Below, piece after piece: positions 42,290 through 52,815 of a stretch of DNA of 64,000 bases. A program made the translations under genes and the position numbers. Below the pieces are notes generated by a model. That model was given only the letters and a program-made list of their open reading frames with translations, was not told where the DNA came from and searched no databases. Every line of letters begins with the position of its first letter. Within the stretch, counting starts at the first letter, position 1. The DNA is from Burkholderiales bacterium. GTDB taxonomy: Bacteria; Pseudomonadota; Gammaproteobacteria; Burkholderiales; Burkholderiaceae. The stretch lies in NCBI GenBank assembly GCA_041307885.1, contig JBFZCO010000062.1:3904-67903 (forward strand). The letters run 5' to 3'.

Positions 42290-43150
42290 GTGCGAAAACC
42301 CCTTTTAAAACTAAGTCTTAATGTAATTGCTGCACTTCCCTTGACAGTAGCTCAGGTGATTGGAGCAGCCCTGGGCATTTTGGCCTATGTGGGCTCTAAA
42401 CAATACCGCACTCTTTTTCGCCCTCGATATGAGTCCGTTACAACTGTTAAAAAACTCCCTTTTAAATTATGGGAGGCAATTAGAGCCTCAGGAATGTTGT
42501 TTTCAGACAGTTTATGGATTTGGCGCAACCCCCAAAAAGCACTGGAACTAGTTGAGGTACAGAACTGGGATGTGGTTGAGGCCGCCATTGGTGAGGGGCA
42601 TGGCTTGGTCATGCTGACACCCCATTTAGGTGGTTTTGAAATCATCCCACGCGTTTTAGCGCAGCATTTTCCAGCAACGATCCTCTATCGCCCTTCGCGC
42701 CAGGCATGGCTCAATGAGGTTGTTGAGGAAGGTCGCGCTTACCCCAATATGCACTTCGTTCCCACCAACCTCAATGGCGTTCGACAAATGACCCGCGCCC
42801 TGACCCGTGGTGAGGCAATTGGCATCCTTCCAGATCAAGTACCTAGCGGTGGTGAAGGGGTTTGGGTACCCTTCTTTGGTCGGCCAGCTTATACAACCCC
42901 ACTACCCGGCCGTTTAGCCAATCGTAATAACACTCCCGTTGTCATGTTTACCGCTAAACGCAAAGGCCTAGGAAAAGGGTGGCTGATGCAAGCAACACGC
43001 TTAAAGCCACTATCCGAGGATGCCACTTTGGGGGCCTGCGAACTCAATGTCGCTATTGAAAATGCAGTGTTGGTGGCTCCCGAACAATTCATCTGGTCAT
43101 ATAACCGCTACAAGCATCCGGCTGGTGCAGAATTGCCCCCAAGTAATTAG
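42290..43150 (+). CDS. Lipid A biosynthesis acyltransferase family (LpxL-like)
   Basis: TPHLGGFE (HxxxxE), LPDQ, VPFFG and PEQFIWSYNRYK motifs. Confidence 0.88.
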   Translation: MRKPLLKLSLNVIAALPLTVAQVIGAALGILAYVGSKQYRTLFRPRYESVTTVKKLPFKLWEAIRASGMLFSDSLWIWRNPQKALELVEVQNWDVVEAAIGEGHGLVMLTPHLGGFEIIPRVLAQHFPATILYRPSRQAWLNEVVEEGRAYPNMHFVPTNLNGVRQMTRALTRGEAIGILPDQVPSGGEGVWVPFFGRPAYTTPLPGRLANRNNTPVVMFTAKRKGLGKGWLMQATRLKPLSEDATLGACELNVAIENAVLVAPEQFIWSYNRYKHPAGAELPPSN

Positions 43151-43175
43151 TTAATAAATTTATAATTTATTGAAG

Positions 43176-44075
43176 ATGACTTGGTTAGAAAACGGATTTA
43201 ATTTTCTTGCGCTAAATCTATTGCGCCTATTTGCATTTTTGCCTTACTCCATCACAGTCTGGGTTGGCTATGGTCTGGGCTGGCTTGCTGCTCATATTCC
43301 AAGCGATCGCGCAAAAGTAGTCAAAACCAATTTACGCCTGTGCTTCCCTCAGCTCAGCGATCAAGAAATTGACGCTCTAGCTATCGAGCATTGGAAATTA
43401 TTTGGGCGCAGCGTAATCGAAAGAAGTCGCATTTGGCTTGGAAGCGGCAAACAAATTACCGATATTGTCACAATCAATTCTGCTATTACCTTAGGTGATC
43501 GCAAACCACGCTTGCTGATCAACCCGCACTTTGTTGGACTTGAGGGCGGATTTATGGCGCTATCCGTATTAGCAAGTCAACATGATTGGCCTCGTGGTGC
43601 CGGACTTTATCAAAATATGAAGAATCCATTTTTTAATCAAAAAATGATTGAATGGCGAAATCGTTTTGGCGGAAAATCTATCGAAAGACAAAGTCGCCTG
43701 CGAGATTTGATTCGTGAAATTCAGACGGGCAATTTTATTTTTATTGCCCCAGATATTGACCTTGGCCCCCGTGACTCGATCTTTGTGCCATTTTTTGGAA
43801 TTCAAACTAATACGATTACTTCGGTCTCTCGACTTGCCCGCTTAAGCGGCGCAGAAGTATGTTTGATGACTACCACCTTAAATCCAGATCGTAAGGCTTA
43901 CACCTGCAACATTAGTGAACCCATTCCGAACTTTCCAACTGATGATGTTCAGGCAGATACTGCACGCCTTAACAAATATATTGAAGATCTTGTTCGTGAA
44001 AGGCCAGCGGAGTACTATTGGGTTCATAAGCGCTTTAAGCATCGGCCGCCTGGCGAAGCCACACTCTATAACTAA
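43176..44075 (+). CDS. Lipid A biosynthesis acyltransferase (LpxL/HtrB-like)
   Basis: NLRLCFP, PHFVGLE, FVPFFG and YYWVHKRFK motifs. Confidence 0.88.
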   Translation: MTWLENGFNFLALNLLRLFAFLPYSITVWVGYGLGWLAAHIPSDRAKVVKTNLRLCFPQLSDQEIDALAIEHWKLFGRSVIERSRIWLGSGKQITDIVTINSAITLGDRKPRLLINPHFVGLEGGFMALSVLASQHDWPRGAGLYQNMKNPFFNQKMIEWRNRFGGKSIERQSRLRDLIREIQTGNFIFIAPDIDLGPRDSIFVPFFGIQTNTITSVSRLARLSGAEVCLMTTTLNPDRKAYTCNISEPIPNFPTDDVQADTARLNKYIEDLVRERPAEYYWVHKRFKHRPPGEATLYN

Positions 44076-44990
44076 TTGGAAAATTCTTTGAGTACTCATT
44101 TAACTCAAGCTAAACGCAAATTGCGCTTCACCAAAATGCATGGTGCTGGTAACGATTTCATTGTGCTCAACGGTATTGATCAAGACCTTACCAATATTAC
44201 CCGCGAGCAATGGCAAAGATTGGCACATCGTCAATTTGGTATTGGTGCGGATCAAATTCTATTGGTGGAAAAAGCTACGCGCCCTGATGCAGATTTTCGT
44301 TATCGTATTTTTAATGCTGACGGTGGCGAGGTTGAGCAGTGCGGCAATGGATCACGTTGCTTTGTTCGCTTTGTTCTTGATCAAGGCTTATCCAATAAAA
44401 ATCCATTGCGGGTAGAAGTTGCTCACACTATTCTCACCCTGAAGTCTCATGAAGATAGTCAGGTAGAGGTTGACATGGGCGCCCCTATTTTTGAACCTGC
44501 TCTAATTCCCTTTAATCCTGAAGGGTTGGCATGCTTACAAGAGTTTCACGAGACGCTCTATGCTCTTTCGTTAAATGCACCCGCAGATCATGGTGATTGG
44601 GTTGGCGTGTTATCCATGGGCAATCCTCATGCAGTGCAATTGGTAATGGATGTAGATAGCGCTCCTGTTCCAGAGGAAGGTCCAGCTATAGAAAATCATC
44701 CTGCTTTCCCAAAAAGAGTGAATGCCGGGTATATGCAAGCAGTCAATCGCAATGAAATTAAATTGCGGGTATACGAACGCGGGGCTGGAGAAACATTGGC
44801 TTGCGGCACAGGTGCATGCGCCGCTGTGGTCTCAGGCATTCGCAGAGCTCTTCTAGACTCCCCCGTCACAGTCCATACTCGCGGGGGTGATTTGTTAATT
44901 AGCTGGGGTGGCATCATCAATGATGTAGTGCAACCAGTGATCATGACAGGCCCAGCAATTACCGTATTTGAAGGTGAAACTACGATCTAA
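44076..44990 (+). CDS. dapF: Diaminopimelate epimerase
   Basis: [22 protein letters not shown] and [13 protein letters not shown] motifs. Start uncertain. Confidence 0.96.
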   Translation: MENSLSTHLTQAKRKLRFTKMHGAGNDFIVLNGIDQDLTNITREQWQRLAHRQFGIGADQILLVEKATRPDADFRYRIFNADGGEVEQCGNGSRCFVRFVLDQGLSNKNPLRVEVAHTILTLKSHEDSQVEVDMGAPIFEPALIPFNPEGLACLQEFHETLYALSLNAPADHGDWVGVLSMGNPHAVQLVMDVDSAPVPEEGPAIENHPAFPKRVNAGYMQAVNRNEIKLRVYERGAGETLACGTGACAAVVSGIRRALLDSPVTVHTRGGDLLISWGGIINDVVQPVIMTGPAITVFEGETTI

Positions 44991-45010
44991 AGGCAATACT
45001 GCTCTTGGGA

Positions 45011-45679
45011 TTAAACTCCGTATTTCTCCCGGTAAGCTTTTACTGCTGGCAAATAACGAGTGAGTTCAGCATCACTAGATGCCGTCAAGAAAGCCATTAA
45101 ATCCCTCAGGCTGGCAATAGCAATTACAGGCAAACCAAACTCTTGCTCAACCGCTTGGACTGCTGACTTATCACCAATATCCGTTGCGTTGCCTGATCTC
45201 TCCATACGATCTAATGCGATTAATACAGCGGCCGGCTGTGCCCCTGCTGCACGAATTAAGGCCACAGACTCTCGGACTGAGGTCCCAGCTGAGATCACAT
45301 CATCAATAATGACCACCTTACCCTGAACAGGGGCACCTACTAAAGAGCCGCCCTCACCATGATCTTTTGCTTCCTTGCGGTTATAGGCATAAGGGACATT
45401 TCGGCCTGACTGGGCAAGTGCAATTGCAGTTGCTGCTGCCAAAGTAATCCCTTTATAGGCGGGGCCATAAAGCATGTCGTACTCTAGGCCAGACTCCTCT
45501 AATGCATTTGCGTAATAACGACCTAAGGCACTTAAACGAGCCCCATCGTTAAATCCACCTGCATTAAAGAAATAAGGGGAAAGGCGCCCAGCTTTAGTTT
45601 TAAACTCCCCAAATGACAAAACATTTGCCTCTAGGGCAAAACGAATAAAGTTATCTTGATTAGAATTTTTTGAGTTCAT
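45011..45679 (-). CDS. pyrE: Orotate phosphoribosyltransferase
   Basis: [28 protein letters not shown] and [11 protein letters not shown] motifs. Confidence 0.97.
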   Translation of the reverse strand: MNSKNSNQDNFIRFALEANVLSFGEFKTKAGRLSPYFFNAGGFNDGARLSALGRYYANALEESGLEYDMLYGPAYKGITLAAATAIALAQSGRNVPYAYNRKEAKDHGEGGSLVGAPVQGKVVIIDDVISAGTSVRESVALIRAAGAQPAAVLIALDRMERSGNATDIGDKSAVQAVEQEFGLPVIAIASLRDLMAFLTASSDAELTRYLPAVKAYREKYGV

Positions 45680-45687
45680 AGGCCTCC

Positions 45688-46470
45688 ATGTTACGCATCA
45701 TTTCCGCCAATCTCAACGGCATTCGCTCTGCAATCAAAAAAGGCTTTATGCCATGGGTCACCAAACAAAGGGCAGATTTTGTTTGTATGCAGGAACTCAA
45801 AGCCCAGCAAGATGATTTAGAGGATGCCGTTCTGAACCCAGATGGACTCCATGGCTTCTTTCATCATGCCGAGAAAAAAGGCTACAGCGGCTGTGGTATT
45901 TATACCCCGCATAAGCCAGATGAGGTGATCTATGGCTATGGCAATGAAGAGTTTGATGCTGAAGGCAGATATGTTGAGGCAAGATTCAAAAAACTCTCAG
46001 TGATCTCGGTTTACATGCCATCTGGCTCTAGCTCGCCCGAAAGACAGGAAGCAAAGTATCGCTATTTGGATTCATTTTTGCCCCATTTAGTAGAGTTGAA
46101 AAAATCCGGTCGTGAAATTGTGCTTTGTGGGGATGTCAATATTGCCCATCATGAAATCGATCTGAAGAACTGGAAGGGTAATCTAAAAAACTCCGGATTT
46201 TTACCACAAGAGCGTGCTTGGCTCACCAATCTATTTGGCAAAGTGGGCTATGTAGATGTCTATCGAAAACTAGAGCCAGAGGCAACAGATGCTTGTTACA
46301 CATGGTGGAGTAATCGTGGCCAAGCCTATGCAAAGAATGTTGGCTGGCGTATTGACTATCACATTACAACTCCAGGAATTGCTGCTAGCGCGAAACGAGC
46401 AACCGTCTATAAAGATGAGCGCTTCTCAGATCATGCACCCCTAACCGTAGATTACGACTGGTCTATTTAG
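45688..46470 (+). CDS. xth: Exodeoxyribonuclease III
   Basis: [35 protein letters not shown] and SDHAP motifs. Confidence 0.93.
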   Translation: MLRIISANLNGIRSAIKKGFMPWVTKQRADFVCMQELKAQQDDLEDAVLNPDGLHGFFHHAEKKGYSGCGIYTPHKPDEVIYGYGNEEFDAEGRYVEARFKKLSVISVYMPSGSSSPERQEAKYRYLDSFLPHLVELKKSGREIVLCGDVNIAHHEIDLKNWKGNLKNSGFLPQERAWLTNLFGKVGYVDVYRKLEPEATDACYTWWSNRGQAYAKNVGWRIDYHITTPGIAASAKRATVYKDERFSDHAPLTVDYDWSI

Positions 46471-47797
46471 GAACTTGTGAGTCGTGCTTTTTCAATTGCA
46501 CCACCTTAAAGTGAATGGTAAGCCAAATCAGAATCAAGACAGGCGCACCAATAATTGCGGTAGTTACAAAGAATGCTTGATAACCAAAGGTATCTACAAA
46601 TACGCCTGAGAATCCAGCCAGCCATTTAGGTAAGAGCAACATCATTGAACTAAATAGGGCGTACTGCGTTGCTGAATACTGAATATTTGTCAGCGAGGAT
46701 AGAAAAGCAATAAAGGCTGCAGTGGCAATACCCGAGCTGAGATTATCAGCAGAAATGACCCATACCAAGCCATTTAAATCATGCCCTTGAGTAGCCAACC
46801 AAGCAAATAACAAATTACTTACAGCTGACAGAATTGCGCCTAAGAACAAAATACGCATGACACCAAATCGTAAAGTAAGAACCCCGCCAACAAATGCGCC
46901 AACTAAGGTCATTACCACTCCAAATACTTTACTAACCGCAGCGACCTCGTCTTTGGTGTAGCCCATATCGACATAAAACGGATTGGCCATAATACCCATC
47001 ACAACATCACTAATACGATAGATGGCAATCAAAGACAAAATGAGAATGGCATGCCAGCCATATCGTTTAATGAAGTCAGCGAATGGCTCAATCAAAGTTT
47101 GGTGAAGCCAGGCCTTCGCATCGCGCGCTTTAGCTAGCTCAACACGGACTGGCTCTTTACTAAACAAAGTAGTGATCACGCCTACGCTAATTGAAAGTGC
47201 CATACAGAGATAAGCAAACTGCCAAGCACTGGCATCGTAGCCTGAACTGCCAATTTCAGCGCGGGCTGCTAACCACAACACACCTGCGCCGGACCAAATT
47301 AAAGCGAGTCGATAACCCGTCTGATAAGTGGCTGCTAAGGCAGCCTGATGGTCGCTATCTGCCGACTCAATACGAAACGCATCTAAAGCAATATCTTGCG
47401 TCGCAGAACCAAAAGCAACCAATAGGGCACACCAAACAATGGGGGTCAGTTGCACCTGAGGATCAATACTGGCCATACCTACTAAACCAACAATGATCAA
47501 TAATTGCGCGAATAACAACCAACTGCGTCTTCTACCAAAAAAATTGGTGAGGATAGGAATAGGTAGTCGATCAACCAAAGGAGCCCACATCCATTTAAAC
47601 GCATAGATCAGCCCAACCCAAGTGAGATAGCCAATGGTGCTACGATCTATTCCCGCCTCTCTCAACCAAAAGCTAAGAGTGCCTAAGATAAGTAAGAGCG
47701 GTAAACCTGCGGAGAAGCCTAAAAAGAGCATTCGCAGGCAAGGCCATTCGAGATAAACCCGAAAATCTTTTAGCCAGGAACCAGCAGAACTAAGCAC
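46463..47797 (-). CDS. ampG: AmpG-family muropeptide MFS transporter
   Basis: LGFSAGLP, KWMWAPLVD, GRRRSW, SATQDIALDA and SATQYAL motifs. Confidence 0.92.
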   Translation of the reverse strand: MLSSAGSWLKDFRVYLEWPCLRMLFLGFSAGLPLLLILGTLSFWLREAGIDRSTIGYLTWVGLIYAFKWMWAPLVDRLPIPILTNFFGRRRSWLLFAQLLIIVGLVGMASIDPQVQLTPIVWCALLVAFGSATQDIALDAFRIESADSDHQAALAATYQTGYRLALIWSGAGVLWLAARAEIGSSGYDASAWQFAYLCMALSISVGVITTLFSKEPVRVELAKARDAKAWLHQTLIEPFADFIKRYGWHAILILSLIAIYRISDVVMGIMANPFYVDMGYTKDEVAAVSKVFGVVMTLVGAFVGGVLTLRFGVMRILFLGAILSAVSNLLFAWLATQGHDLNGLVWVISADNLSSGIATAAFIAFLSSLTNIQYSATQYALFSSMMLLLPKWLAGFSGVFVDTFGYQAFFVTTAIIGAPVLILIWLTIHFKVVQLKKHDSQVPK

Positions 47798-48371
47798 GAC
47801 GTACGCGGAATAGCGCTAAGCTTCCAAAAAGATTAGGCATTAATGTGACCTGACGGCCTTCATGCAAGATACATTGATCCACAATCTTGAGACCCAAGCT
47901 TGAGGCCAATTTTTCAAAATCAGCTACTGTCAGCACTCGCACGTTAGGCGTGTTGTACCACTGATAAGGCAAGCTTTTAGAAACCGGCATGCGCCCAAAG
48001 CTCACTGACAAGCGATGAGACCAATGACCAAAATTAGGGAATGAAACGATAGATTCTTTTCCCACACGAACAACTTCTCGCAAAATCTTTTCAGTTTCAT
48101 GAATAGTTTGTAAAGTCTGCGACAAAACTACCGTATCAAAGCTCTCGTTTTCAAAAAGAGCTAAACCACCCTCAAGATTCTGCTGAATAACATTAAGGCC
48201 TTTTTGCACGCAAGCGAGCACACGGGCATCATCAATCTCAACGCCATAAGCGTGAACTGGCTTTTGTTTTTGTAAATACTCCAAAAAACTACCGTCACCG
48301 CAACCAAGGTCAAGCACTTGGGCATGAGGAGAAATCCAATTCGCAATCGCGGTAAAGTCTGCGCGCATCAT
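47790..48371 (-). CDS. metW: Methionine biosynthesis protein MetW
   Basis: [22 protein letters not shown] and WYNTPN motifs; downstream of metX. Confidence 0.93.
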   Translation of the reverse strand: MMRADFTAIANWISPHAQVLDLGCGDGSFLEYLQKQKPVHAYGVEIDDARVLACVQKGLNVIQQNLEGGLALFENESFDTVVLSQTLQTIHETEKILREVVRVGKESIVSFPNFGHWSHRLSVSFGRMPVSKSLPYQWYNTPNVRVLTVADFEKLASSLGLKIVDQCILHEGRQVTLMPNLFGSLALFRVRRA

Positions 48372-49507
48372 GATTGCGCCTCCAACATCTGCTCAAAGTA
48401 AGCACGAATTAAATTGTGGTACCGAGGATCGTCTAATAAAAAAGCGTCATGCCCATGGGGCGCATCAATTTCTGCATAACTGACCTCGCTCTTATTACTA
48501 AGCAGTGATTGCACAATCTCACGACTGCGGTTTGGCGGAAAACGCCAATCAGTAGAAAAACTCACTACCAAGAACTTTGCTTGCACTTCGGACAAGGCAC
48601 GATTTAAGCTTCCTTCATAACGACGCGAAGGATCGAAATAATCTAGCGCTCTAGTAATGAGTAGATAGGTGTTCGCATCAAAATACGTCGAGAACTTATC
48701 GCCTTGATGACGCAGGTAACTTTCAACCTCAAACTCAACATCAAAACTAAATCGATAGTCATGTGACTCACCATTGGGGCGCTGTAATTCCCGGCCAAAC
48801 TTTTCTGCCATGTCATCATCAGACAAATATGTAATATGACCAACCATGCGTGCTAGTCTCAATCCACGCTTAGGTACAACACCATGCTCATAGTAATTTC
48901 CACCATGAAAATCAGGATCAGACAAAATTGCGTTACGCGCCACTTCATTAAAAGCAATGTTTTGCGCACTCAGCTTTGGTGTTGACGCAATAATCACGCA
49001 ATGCTCTAGACGTTTAGGAAACTGAATTGCCCAAGCTAATGCTTGCATGCCGCCCAGACTGCCTCCTATTACCGCCGCAAAACGACGAATCCCTAATTTA
49101 TCAGCCAGACGCGCCTGGGTATTGACCCAGTCTTCCACAGTAATCACTGGAAAATCTGCGCCATAAGGTTTGCCAGTTGCAGGATTGATGCTCATAGGTC
49201 CTGTTGAACCGAAACAGGAGCCTAAATTATTTACGCCAATGACAAAAAAATGGTTTGTATCTACTGGCTTGCCTGGACCAATCATGTTGTCCCACCATCC
49301 AATATCCTTTGGATCATCAGGGTTGGGTCCTGCAACATGGTGCGAAGCATTCAGAGCATGGCAAACCAATACAGCATTGCTTTTGTCAGAATTTAACTTG
49401 CCATAAGTTTCAATGACTAAGTCGTAGCCAGACAAAATGGCGCCACTTTGCAAAGGCAAAGGCTCGGCAAAGTGAATAGTGTTTCTAGAGAGATGTAGCT
49501 CGCTCAT
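48368..49507 (-). CDS. metX: Homoserine O-acyltransferase MetX family (likely succinyltransferase)
   Basis: [20 protein letters not shown] nucleophile and HGHDAFL motifs. Confidence 0.95.
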   Translation of the reverse strand: MSELHLSRNTIHFAEPLPLQSGAILSGYDLVIETYGKLNSDKSNAVLVCHALNASHHVAGPNPDDPKDIGWWDNMIGPGKPVDTNHFFVIGVNNLGSCFGSTGPMSINPATGKPYGADFPVITVEDWVNTQARLADKLGIRRFAAVIGGSLGGMQALAWAIQFPKRLEHCVIIASTPKLSAQNIAFNEVARNAILSDPDFHGGNYYEHGVVPKRGLRLARMVGHITYLSDDDMAEKFGRELQRPNGESHDYRFSFDVEFEVESYLRHQGDKFSTYFDANTYLLITRALDYFDPSRRYEGSLNRALSEVQAKFLVVSFSTDWRFPPNRSREIVQSLLSNKSEVSYAEIDAPHGHDAFLLDDPRYHNLIRAYFEQMLEAQS

Positions 49508-50157
49508 TCGGATAGAAGAATGCGAATACTAATATCAGACGCATCGGTTGGTAACTTCTTAAAGCCGCTGCGAGCAAATCGATGCCACCGCCCCAAAACG
49601 CAACTCATCAACATTGCAGCACGAATACTCACCTCATCTTGACCCACATTTGCCCAGGCACCGCCTTGGGTTTGAGCAATCCGCAAGGCTTGTTTTAAAG
49701 ATGCCTCAACACGATCTAATACTTGAGTAATCCGCTCTTGCAAGCGATCATCTTCTTGAAGTAATGCATCACCCAATAAGACGCGAGTCATGCCAGGATT
49801 TTTCTCTGCAAAGAACAGGAGCATTTGCAAAATTCCGCGAGCCTGCGCAAGTCCAGATTCCTCTTTTTGATTAATCTGATTAATCAAGCCAAAAACAGTT
49901 TGCTCAATGAAGGAAATAAGGCCTTCGAACATTTGCGCTTTACTTGCAAAGTGACGGTAGAGCGCTGCTTCAGAAACCTGAATTTTTGCGGCAAGTGCGG
50001 CAGTAGTAATACGTTCACCCTTGGGGTTTTGTAACATCTCTGCCAAAACCTGGAGGATCTGCAGACGACGCTCGCCAGGACGAGGACGTTTGCGTGTCTT
50101 AGCCGCATCGACAGTGCTTACTTCAACTTCTGAAGTGGGCTCTAAAGAATCACGCAT
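49504..50157 (-). CDS. slmA: Nucleoid occlusion factor SlmA (TetR family)
   Basis: [42 protein letters not shown] and RFARSGF motifs. Confidence 0.9.
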   Translation of the reverse strand: MRDSLEPTSEVEVSTVDAAKTRKRPRPGERRLQILQVLAEMLQNPKGERITTAALAAKIQVSEAALYRHFASKAQMFEGLISFIEQTVFGLINQINQKEESGLAQARGILQMLLFFAEKNPGMTRVLLGDALLQEDDRLQERITQVLDRVEASLKQALRIAQTQGGAWANVGQDEVSIRAAMLMSCVLGRWHRFARSGFKKLPTDASDISIRILLSE

Positions 50158-50179
50158 GTTTATCTCTTTTATTCTGTTC

Positions 50180-51082
50180 TTAACGCGAGCGGATCATCGT
50201 TCCAAAAGCTTGCTCAGTCAGAATTTCTAACAATAAAGAATGTTCAATTCGTCCATCAATAATATGAACCGAATTAACACCGCTCTTAGCAGCATCTAAA
50301 GCCGAGGAAATCTTAGGCAACATGCCACCAGAGATCGTGCCGTCCGCAAATAAGCTATCAATCTCACGCGCAGTAAGGTCAGTCAGCAGGTTTCCACTCT
50401 TATCCATCACACCTGGAATATTGGTCATCATGACCAGCTTCTCCGCATGCAAAATCTCTGCCATCTTGCCAGCAACTAAATCCGCATTAATGTTGTAAGC
50501 CTGGCCTTCCTCGCTAAATCCTATCGGGGATATCACTGGAATAAAAGCATCATCTTGCAAAGCCTTAACAACCGCAGGATTAATTGCCTCAATCTCACCA
50601 ACAAAACCAAGATCAATCGTGCCGCCTGCATTCTTCTCATCAGCAACTAACATCTTCTTCGCCCGAATTAATCCACCATCTTTACCAGTCAAGCCTACTG
50701 CCTGACCGCCAAAGTGATTAATCAACATGACGATATCTTGTTGCACTTCGCCACCAAGAACCCACTCAACGACTTCCATGGTTTCTTCATCGGTAACTCG
50801 CATGCCTTGAATAAAGTTACCGGTCTTGCCAATTTTCTTTAGAGCTTCATCAATTTGTGGTCCACCACCGTGAACCACAACCGGATTCATACCTACCAAC
50901 TTCAGCAATATGACATCGCGCGCAAAACTTTCCTTGAGGCGCTCTTCAACCATCGCATTACCGCCATACTTAATCACAATCGTCTTACCGTGATACGCAC
51001 GAATGTAAGGCAAAGCCTCAGCCAAAATCTCAGCCTTTAATAAAGGGGGGATTTCACTAATTGATGGTGATTGCTTGGTCAT
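50180..51082 (-). CDS. argB: Acetylglutamate kinase
   Basis: [26 protein letters not shown] and GGMLPK motifs; start ATG 51082. Confidence 0.97.
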   Translation of the reverse strand: MTKQSPSISEIPPLLKAEILAEALPYIRAYHGKTIVIKYGGNAMVEERLKESFARDVILLKLVGMNPVVVHGGGPQIDEALKKIGKTGNFIQGMRVTDEETMEVVEWVLGGEVQQDIVMLINHFGGQAVGLTGKDGGLIRAKKMLVADEKNAGGTIDLGFVGEIEAINPAVVKALQDDAFIPVISPIGFSEEGQAYNINADLVAGKMAEILHAEKLVMMTNIPGVMDKSGNLLTDLTAREIDSLFADGTISGGMLPKISSALDAAKSGVNSVHIIDGRIEHSLLLEILTEQAFGTMIRSR

Positions 51083-51107
51083 TGCAGCCGAAAAATGAGG
51101 TCTAGAA

Positions 51108-51596
51108 TTAATTGCCAAATAATTTTTGGCGAAGCTCACGACGCTCTTGAGCCTCTAGAGACAGATTAGCTGTTGGGCGTGCAATGAGGCGATTTAAACC
51201 AATTGGCTCGCCAGTCTCCTCGCACCAACCGTAATCTCCAGATTCAATTCGGGCCAGTGCCTGTTCAACTTTCTTTAAAAGCTTGCGTTCACGATCGCGG
51301 GTGCGCAACTCTAACGCATGCTCTTCTTCAATCGTTGCACGATCAGCTGGATCAGGAACTAAAATATTTTCACGCAAATGCTCAGTAGTTTCAGAAGCAT
51401 TCTTTAGGATATCGTCCTTTAAGGTCAATAATTTCTGACGGAAAAAATCCAACTGGGACGCACTCATATATTCCTTTTCGGACATTTTGAGCAACTCAGC
51501 TTCTGTTAAAGGCGCACCTTTGGCGGCTTTAGTGCTCGCTGTCTTGCTAGAGGCTTTTGCTGTAGCAGTAGATTTTGTTGGTGTTTTTACCGTCAT
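51108..51596 (-). CDS. dksA: RNA polymerase-binding protein DksA
   Basis: [12 protein letters not shown] (DxxDxA tip), [12 protein letters not shown] and [12 protein letters not shown] motifs. Confidence 0.95.
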   Translation of the reverse strand: MTVKTPTKSTATAKASSKTASTKAAKGAPLTEAELLKMSEKEYMSASQLDFFRQKLLTLKDDILKNASETTEHLRENILVPDPADRATIEEEHALELRTRDRERKLLKKVEQALARIESGDYGWCEETGEPIGLNRLIARPTANLSLEAQERRELRQKLFGN

Positions 51597-51708
51597 TTCA
51601 TTCTTTCCTGGGTTTGAAGCATTATTGCCTCATTCTGCCAAAGTTTTACAAGGCTTTTATTAATCTTCATCAATACTGGCCGTGGCGCAGGATTGTACTT
51701 GATATTCT

Positions 51709-52749
51709 CTAGGCCAAACACCCTTCTAGCCCAGCTAACAGGGTGTCTTTTGGCAAATCAATGCCTATAAATACCATCCGGGTTTGCTTAGGTTCGGTAC
51801 CCCATAAACCGGCCAAATCACTCCCCATCATCTGATGGACGCCCTGAAACACGACTTTTCGGTTGCTACCCTTCACATAGAGCACACCCTTATAGCGCAA
51901 CATCTTCTCACCAAAGACCTCCAAAATGCCTCCTAAAAAGTCTTCCAATTTATTATGGTCAAAGGGTTTATCACTACGAAAAACGAAGGATTGGATGCGG
52001 TCTGTATGTCCAGCATGGCCATGGTGGTCGTGACTGTGATCATGGTGGTCGTGACTGTGATCATGTCCACAAGCATCATGATCGTGATCCTCTTGCTCTA
52101 AAAAATGTGGGTCAATATCGAGCTTCGCGTTGAGATTAAAGCCCTTAAGATCCAAAACAGCATCTAAAGGAACTATGCCTTTAGAGATTGCTTGAATCGG
52201 AGCGCGCGGGTTCATATGCATTAAACGAGCCTTTAGTGCCTCAACTTCATTGGGCGTTACTAAATCGGATTTCGTAATAAAGATTTGATCTGCAAAACCA
52301 ACTTGGCGCTGAGCTTCTTCGTGCTCGGTTAACTGTTGCTGTCCATGCTTGGCATCGACCAAAGTTACCACGGCATCCAATACATAATGATCGGCAACGT
52401 CATCATCCATAAAGAAAGTTTGGGCTACCGGACCTGGATTAGCTACGCCAGTAGTCTCAATAACGACACGCTCAAAATGAATTTTTTTGTCTTTACGCTG
52501 CTCCCAAAGGGCATTGAGAGCCTCAACTAAGTCGCCACGGATAGTGCAACAAATACAGCCGTTGCTCATCTGCACAATGTTCTCTTGGTTATCTTGAACC
52601 AAAATATCGTTGTCGATATTCTCCTCGCCAAATTCATTTTCAATCACAGCAATTTTTTGACCATGCTGCTCCGTCAAAATATGTTTGAGCAAAGTGGTTT
52701 TTCCACTACCCAAAAAGCCGGTAAGAATTGTTACTGGAATTAATGCCAT
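51709..52749 (-). CDS. COG0523 (CobW/YjiA) G3E GTPase metallochaperone
   Basis: [25 protein letters not shown], His-rich insert and CobW_C LRYKG; start ATG 52749. Confidence 0.93.
   Translation of the reverse strand: MALIPVTILTGFLGSGKTTLLKHILTEQHGQKIAVIENEFGEENIDNDILVQDNQENIVQMSNGCICCTIRGDLVEALNALWEQRKDKKIHFERVVIETTGVANPGPVAQTFFMDDDVADHYVLDAVVTLVDAKHGQQQLTEHEEAQRQVGFADQIFITKSDLVTPNEVEALKARLMHMNPRAPIQAISKGIVPLDAVLDLKGFNLNAKLDIDPHFLEQEDHDHDACGHDHSHDHHDHSHDHHGHAGHTDRIQSFVFRSDKPFDHNKLEDFLGGILEVFGEKMLRYKGVLYVKGSNRKVVFQGVHQMMGSDLAGLWGTEPKQTRMVFIGIDLPKDTLLAGLEGCLA
52020..52065. repeat. Perfect 21-bp tandem duplication in the His-rich insert
   Basis: CATGGTGGTCGTGACTGTGAT x2 plus CATG; encodes DHSHDHH twice on the minus strand. 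Confidence 0.95.
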
Positions 52750-52815
52750 GATTGATCCATTCAAAATCTATAAACATATTCCCTAAACGGGAAACCTTCT
52801 ATCTTACCGAGTTCC

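Noticed and set aside
45688-46470. Possible Crc catabolite-repression protein (divergent from pyrE as in Pseudomonas)
   Set aside because: The ExoIII catalytic motifs, including SVY.P, GD.N and SDH, are intact, so an active AP endonuclease is more likely.
52750-52815. Weak Zur-box-like AT-rich stretch upstream of the COG0523 gene
   Set aside because: The symmetry is too poor to support a call by eye.
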